DNA of 64,000 nucleotides, taken from IMG/VR virus record IMGVR_UViG_3300025770_000012, positions 20,948 through 84,947 of that record; one strand, written 5' to 3'. Numbering within the stretch: position 1 is the stretch's first letter; the number at the start of each line of letters is the position of its first letter. Both the position numbers and the translations under genes were made by a program. The stretch comes from a virus. Below the pieces are notes generated by a model. The model saw only the letters and a program-made list of their open reading frames with translations, was not told the origin of the DNA and did not search any database. Below are positions 41,686 to 51,122 of the stretch, piece by piece.

Positions 41686-44369
41686 TATTGTATTGTATAT
41701 CCGTTAGCAGCTACAAGCTCACTAAAGCTGTTGTAACTATCACCTGTTAAAGCTTCCATTTCAGCGTCTGTTAAAGCCTCATTGAAATATGCTAAGCACT
41801 TTACTTTCCCCACGAAGGGATTTCCAGTTCCAGTCCCAGCAGTAAAAGTAATCCACTTGAGAAGATCTGCGTCAAAATCTATATTGTAAGTACTAGATCC
41901 TGTTGAGAAATAAGTCTCAAGCACTCCGTTTATATAAAGTTCTATTACATTAGGCCCCCACTTAAAAGCTACTTTGTTATAATCGTAAATAAGTGGATAC
42001 GGATCGCCATCGTGTTCGCCTGCGGAGGTGCTAGTAGTGGCCACAACAGCCCCACCTTTTTTAACTTGAAGAATAATATTACCAGCGCCACCTGACTGAT
42101 AAAGTAAAAATCTATTGTTAGTACTGTTGTCACTTAACGCCATAGAAACTTGATGATCAACACCTTTTGCATAAGCTATTTCTGTATAGAAAGTTCCTCT
42201 TTTGCTATCTATAAGAGATGTATTCCCAGATCCTGTCATAGTCTCCTCACTCCGTGTTACAGAAGATCCTGTATGGGTTGGAATGTATGAGGTTGGGTAC
42301 GCGCCTTCTTCAAACTGAGCACCCCAAACAAAAGTACTACTACTCCCATCTCCTGTAATTGCTTCAGTATTGTCTGCACTTGCTAATTGCAGTCTAATTT
42401 TAGCACTTCCTGTTGTAGCATTTGCTGTTGTTGTTGCTGTACATTTATACCAACCATTGCCAAAATCAGTTATAGTTCCTGAATATCCACTATCAATAGT
42501 ACCTAAAGCACCACTATTAATGTTAAAGAAAACATTTCCTGCCGAAAAAGCACTACCTACACCTGTAAACCTTATTAAGAAAAAATCATAGTCCCCCTTC
42601 TTTACAAAACAAGACATAGTATAATCTTCTCCACTTGTAACTGATAAACTTCCAACATCTAAATATTGTTCACTTGTACCACTTGTTGAAACTATTGTAC
42701 TTGCATTTGTCCCTCCATTTGGAGATGTCGTAGTATTAGAACTTATAGTTGAATTAATTTCAGACCAAGCTGAGGCACTAAAATCCTCACTATAAGGAAG
42801 TAAATTAGTCCTAGCAGGCTCAAGTAATATATGTCCGTTCAAACCGTCTTTATCGTAACTTATTCTTGGTATGTCTAGGTCGTCAGCTAAGGTTATATCT
42901 TGGACTGAGATACTGCTTATAGTTACAAAGTCGGTTGTACTTGTTGAACCTCCTCTAAGGAATAATCTAAAAAACCATTTATCATTCGCTACTACTGTAG
43001 CTGCTGTGTAGTAAAATGTATGAGTTCCTACACCTTGTTCGGGTAAATCAATATAACCAGCAACGCCTGAACCAGTATAGTATTGAATAGCATTTGTGCC
43101 AGTTAAACCGACTGAATGAATTGTGTAGGTTACTTTGTAAGACTTTCCCGATTCTGCAACCGCTTCTGATGTTTTGACTTTTACATCAGCACCTAATGTT
43201 GAAGTCATAGTTAGACCATTCGCACCAAATGTATTTGATTCATCTACACTTACCCAATCCCCTCCGAGTTCTTCAATCGTGAACGTAGTTAAGTCCGTAG
43301 TTCCTGAAGTGTTTTGTCTTATCCATAAACGAGTACCAAGTGAAACAAAGTAATGAGTACCAAAACCACTTCCGTATTCGTTACCACTTCCATCTCCATC
43401 TCCTATTGTAAAACCTGAAGATGTTGTGCTACCCGAAATAACTAACTTATAAGATTTTCCACTTTCTAAATTCCAAGAAGATACTTTACTCAAAAGTCCA
43501 TCTAAACTACCTCCCGCAGTTGTAAACGTATTTGCATCAACAATAACCCCTCCGCTATTTGCATCAAAGTCAACTGTTAAATCTATCGGTTGAGTGAGTT
43601 GCTCTACCGTAGCACTAAAATCTCCGTTTGTGATAAGTTCACTTTCCCCAACTACATCCTGCATATCTTGCAATAACCCGTCTGGTCCTACGCGTGTAGC
43701 ACTGGAGTTGCGGGAGAAGGCGAAGTCTGAGGATGTGTCTCGGATTATTATATCTGTAATATCTACGTACTCAGTTCCTGATCCTGAACCCTGGTAAAAT
43801 CTACAAGTAGCAGGTGAACTCGATGTAATTGGAGTAATATCAAATTCATAGTCTTGAAAAGTAGTTGTTAAAACAGGGTTTTTAATAGCCCCTAAAATAT
43901 TATTAGCCCCTACTGAAGTGAAAGCTGTAGCTCTATCGCCTCTTGCTTTAAACGTAATTCTGTATTGATGGCCAGCAACAAGAGTTGATTCCCTTTTGAG
44001 TGCGACCCCTGAAGTGCCACTATATACGAGTTTTAAAAATTTTTCAGGATTGGATCTACCACTGTAAGATATTGTTCCTGCGCTACTATCCGCCCAATTG
44101 ACATTTGTAGTATTTGTACTAAAGTTTTCACTGTGAACGATCGATGGCGAAGATTTTACAGACCGCATTTTTCCATCACTATAACTTGTTGGAGTTAACA
44201 GTATAGCAGCTTTGTCTAAAATATCCCCTTTAGAGATGTCTTTAATAGTAGATTTAGAATCACCTTTATTTTCCGAATAGGTGGATCTCCCAGCAAGTTT
44301 GCTGATTAATTTACCTAGAGCAGATTGTACTACGCCTTGGGCTAAATTACTTGATCCTAAACCTAGCAT
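41685..44369 (-). CDS. tail fibre / spike paralogue 1 with carbohydrate-binding-like inserts
   Basis: Same scaffold motifs (HILLEPARTNL, WGAQFEEGAYPTSYIPT, ALTDAEMEAL) plus an ELITNGDF module. Confidence 0.75.
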   Translation of the reverse strand: MLGLGSSNLAQGVVQSALGKLISKLAGRSTYSENKGDSKSTIKDISKGDILDKAAILLTPTSYSDGKMRSVKSSPSIVHSENFSTNTTNVNWADSSAGTISYSGRSNPEKFLKLVYSGTSGVALKRESTLVAGHQYRITFKARGDRATAFTSVGANNILGAIKNPVLTTTFQDYEFDITPITSSSPATCRFYQGSGSGTEYVDITDIIIRDTSSDFAFSRNSSATRVGPDGLLQDMQDVVGESELITNGDFSATVEQLTQPIDLTVDFDANSGGVIVDANTFTTAGGSLDGLLSKVSSWNLESGKSYKLVISGSTTSSGFTIGDGDGSGNEYGSGFGTHYFVSLGTRLWIRQNTSGTTDLTTFTIEELGGDWVSVDESNTFGANGLTMTSTLGADVKVKTSEAVAESGKSYKVTYTIHSVGLTGTNAIQYYTGSGVAGYIDLPEQGVGTHTFYYTAATVVANDKWFFRLFLRGGSTSTTDFVTISSISVQDITLADDLDIPRISYDKDGLNGHILLEPARTNLLPYSEDFSASAWSEINSTISSNTTTSPNGGTNASTIVSTSGTSEQYLDVGSLSVTSGEDYTMSCFVKKGDYDFFLIRFTGVGSAFSAGNVFFNINSGALGTIDSGYSGTITDFGNGWYKCTATTTANATTGSAKIRLQLASADNTEAITGDGSSSTFVWGAQFEEGAYPTSYIPTHTGSSVTRSEETMTGSGNTSLIDSKRGTFYTEIAYAKGVDHQVSMALSDNSTNNRFLLYQSGGAGNIILQVKKGGAVVATTSTSAGEHDGDPYPLIYDYNKVAFKWGPNVIELYINGVLETYFSTGSSTYNIDFDADLLKWITFTAGTGTGNPFVGKVKCLAYFNEALTDAEMEALTGDSYNSFSELVAANGYTIQ

Positions 44370-44755
44370 TAGTAATTAATATAAGCAATAATTTTACCAG
44401 AAGCTAATTTAAATCCTGTCCATCGTCCATGAATAGTTAATCCTGCTGGGAATGAAACATTATCTGTATTCCCACCCGCATCAGCATCTATTCCAGTTCC
44501 TTTAGCTGTATCTGCTGACGTTGGGAATAGTCCGGCAGTTTCAGGTATCAACCCTGCATCGAGTGAACTAAACACAGTGTCTTCTATAAATGTAAGTGAT
44601 ACAAACACGGCTCCTGCTATTACACCACTACTAGTGACATCAGTTGTACCTTTTACTAAGATTGATCCTAATTGACCAAACCCATTGTTGAGTGTGACTC
44701 TGCCTGTGGTATTTAAATTGTCTAGTAACTGTTCTTGCCTTGTTCTAATAGCCAT
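44369..44755 (-). CDS. hypothetical structural protein
   Basis: 128 aa, beta-rich C-terminus (FPAGLTIHGRWTGFKLASGKIIAY); TAATG-coupled on both sides. Confidence 0.65.
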   Translation of the reverse strand: MAIRTRQEQLLDNLNTTGRVTLNNGFGQLGSILVKGTTDVTSSGVIAGAVFVSLTFIEDTVFSSLDAGLIPETAGLFPTSADTAKGTGIDADAGGNTDNVSFPAGLTIHGRWTGFKLASGKIIAYINY

Positions 44756-45168
44756 TATATTATAATTTTATCAATATTATTAATTTGATCTGCTGTAATA
44801 TCTTCCGGCAGATCTTCTTCGGGTACGGTATGAAGCTCTACAGAAGAGTCTTCTTCCATAGCTGCTTTTAAAACATCTAATTGAGATTTCCTAGTCTCAA
44901 CTATTTCTTTGTTCTCCTCTTCCAGTTTATCGATCTTAGCTTGAGACTCCTCCGTATCTGCATTTGCAATAGCGTGTATCTCTTTAGCTAACTCAACAAA
45001 CTTCTCAGATGGAGCGCTTAAATCCTCTAGCGGCTTTAATTCCGCCATAAGAACTTTAATGTTTTTACCTACAGCAAGACCAAACGTCTTACCTTTTAAA
45101 TCTTTTACGGAGAATAGGCCATTTACTAGCTCTACTAACTCTCCTTTTTTTGCATTAACCGTTGTCAT
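44755..45168 (-). CDS. hypothetical acidic helical protein, possible fibre assembly chaperone
   Basis: 137 aa helical ORF downstream of a fibre gene. Confidence 0.6.
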   Translation of the reverse strand: MTTVNAKKGELVELVNGLFSVKDLKGKTFGLAVGKNIKVLMAELKPLEDLSAPSEKFVELAKEIHAIANADTEESQAKIDKLEEENKEIVETRKSQLDVLKAAMEEDSSVELHTVPEEDLPEDITADQINNIDKIII

Positions 45169-45190
45169 TATATATATATTTTAATTAAAC

Positions 45191-46603
45191 TCAAACATTA
45201 TGTACTGTAAAGTGTACTTTCCAGATATTACTACTTATTGAAGCGGATCCAGGATTAAATAGATGTATGTTTGTAGAGCCAGTAGCCGGTCTCCCCGAAG
45301 CTACTGACAAAAACGAACCGGCTGTTGGGATTGCAGCATTTAGCTCTAAACTTAAGTGAACCAAAGAGGTTGAAGATATAGTACTATTATTAAAATCAAA
45401 CTTAACAGCTGTATGTGCCGCCAAGGGTACATTTGCTAATTGTATAGTTCCAGACGTACTGTTTGCAGTGACGGCTGTAGCATGACTAGTAAGCTGAATG
45501 ACTGTAACTTTAGATGGGTAGTTAATCCCGTCAGTAGCGTCATTTATAACTAGATTTCCGCCTAGTTGAGTATGTCCAGTATTAGTTACAACAAGTGCTG
45601 AAGACTTACCTCCTACTGAAAGGTTAATATTTCCATCCGCCCCTGCACCACTTGAAGCACCGGCATTTATCATGACGTTTCCTGCGTTTCCGCTCCCACT
45701 TGAATCTCCACCAGATAAGGCAATATTTCCTGCGACTCCGCTCACGCTGCCTCCACCTTCGATAGACACAGTCCCCCCACTAGAAGAGCTCGTAGCAGCT
45801 ACCGGTTTAATCTTGGGACTAACATTAGAAGGAAAGGATATATTACCGGCAATATTTAAAGTCTCAGAAAAGGTTGCGGAAGGGGCTGATTGCCCTATAA
45901 ATACCTTACCTGAAGGATCTACCCTAAGGCCTTCATCAGTGCCGTCTCCTGAAATCCAACCTGTTCCTAGGTCAATATTGTAATTTGCCGCATCCAAATT
46001 AGCTGTCAATGCAGTTAAGTTTGATGCTATTGTAAGACCACCCCCACTCGGCGTAAAGTTAATATTAGATCCGGCAGTCAGTGCAGCCCACTGAGGTACT
46101 CCTAAAGATGTGTTACCAATTAATACTTGTCCGTCGGTCGGTGCTGCTAAAGCAGCTATAGTGTTTGTACCACTTGCATAAAGCATCCCACCCTTCGCTA
46201 TTGTAGATAATCCTGTACCTCCGTTGGTCACCCCTAATGTTGACGTAACATTAGTTGCTAAATTTACAGTCTTTAAAAAGTTGGCAGTTGAGTTACTACA
46301 GGCATTTAGATCAATCTGTGCTTCTACCAGAGTAAGCAAAAGATTATCTGATACTGTAGTAACAGTTAGTTTAGTGTCATTACTTTTTAGACCCTTGAAC
46401 TGGATATTGTTTTTATTACTCAGCGTGGAAGAGTTGTAGAGAGTATGTCCGCCTGTTCCAACAGTTGACACGGTGGGAAATAGTCCCTCCAATGTAAATT
46501 TATATGCGACATTGGTGGCGCTCGTAGTGTCTACTGCCAATAGGGAGTGAGCACTAGTTACGGATCCTTTCGCTAAGGGGGGTAAATCTTTTATTTCTGC
46601 CAT
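45191..46603 (-). CDS. tail fibre protein
   Basis: TLGVTNGGTG...GGMLYASGT...GQVL motif and Gly/Ser-rich beta-repeats (GGTVSIEGG, AGNIALSGG, AGNVMINAG). Confidence 0.75.
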   Translation of the reverse strand: MAEIKDLPPLAKGSVTSAHSLLAVDTTSATNVAYKFTLEGLFPTVSTVGTGGHTLYNSSTLSNKNNIQFKGLKSNDTKLTVTTVSDNLLLTLVEAQIDLNACSNSTANFLKTVNLATNVTSTLGVTNGGTGLSTIAKGGMLYASGTNTIAALAAPTDGQVLIGNTSLGVPQWAALTAGSNINFTPSGGGLTIASNLTALTANLDAANYNIDLGTGWISGDGTDEGLRVDPSGKVFIGQSAPSATFSETLNIAGNISFPSNVSPKIKPVAATSSSSGGTVSIEGGGSVSGVAGNIALSGGDSSGSGNAGNVMINAGASSGAGADGNINLSVGGKSSALVVTNTGHTQLGGNLVINDATDGINYPSKVTVIQLTSHATAVTANSTSGTIQLANVPLAAHTAVKFDFNNSTISSTSLVHLSLELNAAIPTAGSFLSVASGRPATGSTNIHLFNPGSASISSNIWKVHFTVHNV

Positions 46604-46604
46604 T

Positions 46605-47555
46605 TTAATATGTAATTATTACGCCGTTAACTGACATTGTATCTCCATCAACAGTTGTAGTAGGTGTGGAAGATACGATAGGTACAGTGTTAATCGACGA
46701 AGCTCCATGTTTTAATGCCGGAGCGTTTAACCCGCAGTCATCACACTGCTGGTCTATAAAGTTAATAAATTTATTTAGATGGTTCACAGTGTAAGCACTT
46801 GAACTTGATGCTGCAGGGGTATCTAAGTCCTGACAGTTATAGATACATGCTAACCCTTTCTTAGAGAGTAAGTATTGTACCAAAATCATTTTCCAGAGAT
46901 TTATATCAGAGCACGTATCGGTAATACCCGTCTGTAATTTTAATAGAAATCTAGTTCCTCCATCTCTCATACAGTTACTAACTTTAGTAATAGTAGTAGG
47001 TATAGAGTCAGGTATACAAGATGAACCGACTTCTTTAATAGAAACATTATCAAGAAACCAAGCACTAGTACCAGTGTTTACGTTAGTAATTTCTAACTGA
47101 GTGTTTGCGGTTACCGTAATAATCTTTGAATAGGTAACAAAACTAGTTGTTACATTGAAATCTACACTAATCGCCCCGCCAAGTTTGAATCTAAAACCAC
47201 TACCTTCACCCGTAGCCCCTTTAATACTCGCACTTACTAAATAGCTCCTTCCAGCTACTAGTGGCGTCAAGTTAGTGGAGGACAGTCTAACACCTTGAAT
47301 AGCTGCATCGCCATTGGGTGGGGTATATGTAATTCCACCTCCAGTTTCACCATAAGAACTGCCCCATGTTATAGTACCTGTACCATAGACACCCCAATCA
47401 CCTTGGTCATTATCAAATGTGCTGTTATCAGCAGGATCGTTGATTATCCACTCATCCCCGTAAGCATATACACATGAGCCATCATCAATAGTTGCAGAAC
47501 TATTAAAGTTACTTGCTCCAGGGTCAGTGCATCCTATGGTGTAGTGTGCTGACAT
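46605..47555 (-). CDS. virion protein with GCTDP repeat unit and carbohydrate-binding-like domain
   Basis: GCTDPGASNFNSSATIDDGSCVY, then a jelly-roll-like segment ending WFLDNVSIKEV, then a Cys-rich tail. Confidence 0.65.
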   Translation of the reverse strand: MSAHYTIGCTDPGASNFNSSATIDDGSCVYAYGDEWIINDPADNSTFDNDQGDWGVYGTGTITWGSSYGETGGGITYTPPNGDAAIQGVRLSSTNLTPLVAGRSYLVSASIKGATGEGSGFRFKLGGAISVDFNVTTSFVTYSKIITVTANTQLEITNVNTGTSAWFLDNVSIKEVGSSCIPDSIPTTITKVSNCMRDGGTRFLLKLQTGITDTCSDINLWKMILVQYLLSKKGLACIYNCQDLDTPAASSSSAYTVNHLNKFINFIDQQCDDCGLNAPALKHGASSINTVPIVSSTPTTTVDGDTMSVNGVIITY

Positions 47556-47558
47556 AGA

Positions 47559-48059
47559 TTAGCAGCCACAACCACAACTCAAATTACAGAGTGCAACTGC
47601 TTTTTTATATTTGTTATACGCGTCGGTTAAATAAGTGCTACTTGATCCATCGTAGGAAAGAGCAGCGTCTTCAGCTGATTTAATCAGTAAGAAGACCTTT
47701 TGAGCCTTAGCTAGAGACGGTGCGCACGTAGTGCATTCACACGAACAATCTAGCAGACTATTTGTAAGGGTTGCTAAGCAGCAGTCTACATCACAATGTG
47801 ATACTACAGCTGTCGTAGCTATTAGGATGCTATTTTGTTTAAGTTCTACCTTAAACACACCATAACTACTTGCAACTAATGGGATAGATAAAGTATGAGA
47901 AGCTGCTGCCCCTGAAAACGTGAATGAAGTTGTTATTGTAACAACAGCTCCGAAATCATCGGTAATAACTATCTCAGCACCAAAGTTGGACCCAATAGTT
48001 TCAGTAGCTCCAATAGCTATATATTTACAATCAGGAGTAAGTACAGCAGTTAAGCTCAT
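47559..48059 (-). CDS. Cys-rich structural protein (possible tail hub / fibre anchor)
   Basis: 166 aa; CDVDCC, CSCECTTC, CNLSCGCGC; first gene of the fibre cluster. Confidence 0.6.
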   Translation of the reverse strand: MSLTAVLTPDCKYIAIGATETIGSNFGAEIVITDDFGAVVTITTSFTFSGAAASHTLSIPLVASSYGVFKVELKQNSILIATTAVVSHCDVDCCLATLTNSLLDCSCECTTCAPSLAKAQKVFLLIKSAEDAALSYDGSSSTYLTDAYNKYKKAVALCNLSCGCGC

Positions 48060-48069
48060 ATTTAAATAT

Positions 48070-48109
48070 TTTTAAGAAAGGATAATGGGGGGCTTATCAC
48101 CCCCCGTTA
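48070..48109 (-). terminator. terminator-like hairpin
   Basis: TAATGGGGGG (48083-48092) / CCCCCCGTTA (48100-48109); T-rich TCCTTTCTT follows on the minus strand. Confidence 0.6.
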
Positions 48110-48129
48110 ACCTAAGGTATTAAGTACTA

Positions 48130-49020
48130 CTATATAGCAGTTGGTACAAATGCACCGGGCACACTAGCTAAGTAAGCAATAAGCTTCTTTGTAAATCCAT
48201 TTGTAACATCTCCAGATAGCCACGTAGATGTGGTAGCAGGAACTGCAATTTGGATATTACGCATATTATCTACACCGCGAATTTGACCTAAAGCGCTATT
48301 CTGCACATTAAACGAATACATATCGTAAGATGTACCAGCAACAGCAAAAAGATCGTTAGACTGTGGTAGGTGAGTTGCTCTGTAGTAATCAGATTTCTCA
48401 CGTCCTAGCTGCTCGTTTTCTTGATCTACAAGAAAGTATCCAACACCTGAGCCTTTAGAAGCCGGGGTATTAGATAGTACAGCTGTAGCAGTTCCACCAT
48501 TTGCATCAAATGCAATTTGAATGTTAGTTAAACCCGCATCTCCGCCTGCGTAAGTTGTACCAACTAAGGTAACTACGGATCCAGATACTGACTCTCCAGT
48601 TAAAAAGGCTGGGCGATTTGCTTGAATAGCAGCATCTAAGTTAGCTGCAAAGGCTGCAGGATCAACTTCAAAGTTCGCTCGTTCAAACGGCTCATATCCA
48701 GCAGCTGTTTCAATTAACTTAACTGTTACAAGAGGGTCACCCGAGGTGCCGTTTGTACATGTAATCGCTAAACTTTGAGCAGACTGTGCAGCACCAGCAT
48801 TTTCTGCGTATCCTACAATATCTGTACCTTTAATCCAAGGAGAAGCTGAACTAACAACATCTCCTGCACCGTTTCGTACAAAACGAATTTCAGGAGCAGT
48901 AGCTATAGTATCTGCATCTCCAAGCTCTGTAATCACCCCAGTAGTGAGGTTCTTTTTTTGAATCATAATTCCACCATCAGCGGCGGCAAGAACATCTGTT
49001 CCGACAATTAATTGTCTCAT
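48130..49020 (-). CDS. putative auxiliary capsid / structural protein
   Basis: 296 aa Ala/Gly/Thr-rich protein in the capsid module, followed by a terminator. Confidence 0.6.
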   Translation of the reverse strand: MRQLIVGTDVLAAADGGIMIQKKNLTTGVITELGDADTIATAPEIRFVRNGAGDVVSSASPWIKGTDIVGYAENAGAAQSAQSLAITCTNGTSGDPLVTVKLIETAAGYEPFERANFEVDPAAFAANLDAAIQANRPAFLTGESVSGSVVTLVGTTYAGGDAGLTNIQIAFDANGGTATAVLSNTPASKGSGVGYFLVDQENEQLGREKSDYYRATHLPQSNDLFAVAGTSYDMYSFNVQNSALGQIRGVDNMRNIQIAVPATTSTWLSGDVTNGFTKKLIAYLASVPGAFVPTAI

Positions 49021-49044
49021 TTTTTCTTATGTTTTCGAGTATCT

Positions 49045-50178
49045 CTACTCATTTTTTATTACCTCTTTTTGATGAGTTGCATATCTAGTATCAGCAATGC
49101 TCTCTAGAATGCTACTCACAGCCATGTCCACGATCTCCGAATGAGAATGGTCGGGTAGTTCACAGCTTACTTGCAAAGATAATGAAATCTGAGCAGGTTC
49201 TTTTAAATAGGTTAATTTCACCGAGTCTATTATAAATATATCACTTGTGTAAATATCTATTGAGTTCTGGCGAATTGTAGTTATTGGCAAATTATATTTT
49301 GTAGTATTAAAGGGATCCTCTAATAAAGTAAATATATCGTCCTGTTGTATAAATTTATTTGGTGAAATAACAGTCTCAGAGTACGCAGAAGGCACTCGTG
49401 TAGCATTAAACACAGCAAAAGAAGTATCCGGCAATGAACTCGTAATAATATTATTCATAGAATCCACTCCTACTAGTGGTGTTAAAGGTGTAGCTCCGTT
49501 TATAGAGTTAAACCATGAATGTACACTAGTATCTACTACGATGATAATCTCACCTGGGAAATTAAGCATCCCATAACTTTCCCAATATGTACTAAAGCCA
49601 GGTGTATCTGCAGCTAAAATACTAGTTATAACCGAAGATATATCTTGGGGGTATTGATACCCCTCTGTATTTTCCCACACAATCGCCTGACCAACAGATG
49701 AATCTGTTATATCTGCGTACATGAAAATAGACTGTACTATTGTAGTATTATCCCCTAAAACAAACGTAGTTGGATTTATAGTAAAGAATCCAACTTCTGT
49801 CTCAGAAGAGAGTATCCCATTCTTATCCCATAACGCTTCGCAATTATTTATTACTACTCTAGACCTCTGATTTACCAAATACATATAATCATTGGGAAGT
49901 ACAACCGTATCTATCCAAATAGTAGACGTAGCCTGCTCCTTATAAACAGCCGGCAAATCTGCTTCTACTACCAATGTCCTTAAATCATCAATACGTTTTT
50001 GGCTTTCTTCAAATCCTTTTTGATAGATGTTATTTTTACCGTACTTGGTATTAATAAATCTCATCTGGGACTTATTTAGCTCTATATCGATTTCTTCAGG
50101 TAATAGCATATCAGCCTGGAGTGAATTGATTTTATCCACTCCTTGGCTGACTGCAATATGCATTTCGGTTACATTCAT
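49045..50178 (-). CDS. conserved crAss-like virion ring protein
   Basis: EEIDIELNKSQ...GFEESQKRIDDLRTL...LPNDYMY...YLKEPAQI...CELPDHSHSEIVDMAV; second gene after the MCP. Confidence 0.75.
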   Translation of the reverse strand: MNVTEMHIAVSQGVDKINSLQADMLLPEEIDIELNKSQMRFINTKYGKNNIYQKGFEESQKRIDDLRTLVVEADLPAVYKEQATSTIWIDTVVLPNDYMYLVNQRSRVVINNCEALWDKNGILSSETEVGFFTINPTTFVLGDNTTIVQSIFMYADITDSSVGQAIVWENTEGYQYPQDISSVITSILAADTPGFSTYWESYGMLNFPGEIIIVVDTSVHSWFNSINGATPLTPLVGVDSMNNIITSSLPDTSFAVFNATRVPSAYSETVISPNKFIQQDDIFTLLEDPFNTTKYNLPITTIRQNSIDIYTSDIFIIDSVKLTYLKEPAQISLSLQVSCELPDHSHSEIVDMAVSSILESIADTRYATHQKEVIKNE

Positions 50179-50179
50179 T

Positions 50180-50989
50180 CTATAACGCTAGTTCTTTTAG
50201 TTTCGCTCGCATCACTGTGAGCTTTCCAGAATTCTTTTTATCTTTTAGGTATACAACTGCATTATCCGTAGTATCTCCGACCACTTCATCAATGAAGATA
50301 ACCTGATTACCGATCTTACGTAATACACCTGCAGATACCATTTCTCCTATTTCCGCTTTCAACTCGAGGTTCTTATCGGTTGCAATTCGTAGGAACTTCT
50401 TCGGATCCTTAGTCTTTAAAGCATATAAGTTATTCTCGATTTGCTCAGAGTTTAATCTCTCTGGATTAACATCTGACATAAGTCGAAGAATACGCTTCAT
50501 ACTGTTTGTATTAGACGAGACTTTAATAAACTCTCTGTCTGCATCTTTACTCAACTGAATCTTATTGTTCTGCACAACATCATCTCGTTGGGTATCTTGG
50601 ATATAAAATCTCTTAGTGAAATTAGATTCCATGTCTTCCTTTGTTAGCGCTACATGCGGGTGCTTAAGTGCAAAGTTGTACTTGATATAATCCATTATTA
50701 CTAAGGGATCTTTATTGCCATCAAGGCCAATTTCTAATTCAACACCGACAAAGCTAACAGGGACTGTAAGTTCTGCCCAGAAATTTTTAGTATGCTTAGG
50801 CCAATCCTGATGGGTTGGGCTAACATCTAAAATACCATCCAGGTACTTCTTTTCATCTTCTGCACTAAATCCTTTTAGTGGCTGACGGTTAACAAATACG
50901 CTACTGAGCTTCAATACAGCTTCAGCTTTTACTTCTTTAGGCAGGTGGTTCATGACCTCCTTACACCTTAGATAAACTTTTTTACTCAT
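50180..50989 (-). CDS. conserved crAss-like capsid-module protein (possible portal-vertex protein)
   Basis: 269 aa immediately after the MCP; FWAEL...DYIKYNFALKHPHVA. Confidence 0.7.
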   Translation of the reverse strand: MSKKVYLRCKEVMNHLPKEVKAEAVLKLSSVFVNRQPLKGFSAEDEKKYLDGILDVSPTHQDWPKHTKNFWAELTVPVSFVGVELEIGLDGNKDPLVIMDYIKYNFALKHPHVALTKEDMESNFTKRFYIQDTQRDDVVQNNKIQLSKDADREFIKVSSNTNSMKRILRLMSDVNPERLNSEQIENNLYALKTKDPKKFLRIATDKNLELKAEIGEMVSAGVLRKIGNQVIFIDEVVGDTTDNAVVYLKDKKNSGKLTVMRAKLKELAL

Positions 50990-51050
50990 TTTTCAGTTCT
51001 TTTAGAATTTTATTTTGAATTGGTTACGAAGAATAACGCTTTATTTAATC

Positions 51051-51078
51051 AAAACTGCGGGAGAATGACCTCCCGCAG
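51051..51078 (-). terminator. intrinsic terminator after the major capsid gene
   Basis: Perfect 9-bp stem CTGCGGGAG (51055-51063) / CTCCCGCAG (51070-51078) followed by TTTT on the minus strand. Confidence 0.8.
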
Positions 51079-51122
51079 CCCCAATTAAAAACCAATATAT
51101 ATAGACGCAAATTAATGCCTTT

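Noticed and set aside
38334-44369. Diversity-generating retroelement or shufflon acting on the fibre genes
   Set aside because: No reverse transcriptase, invertase, inverted cassettes or adenine-specific TR/VR pair seen; the repeats are ordinary paralogy.
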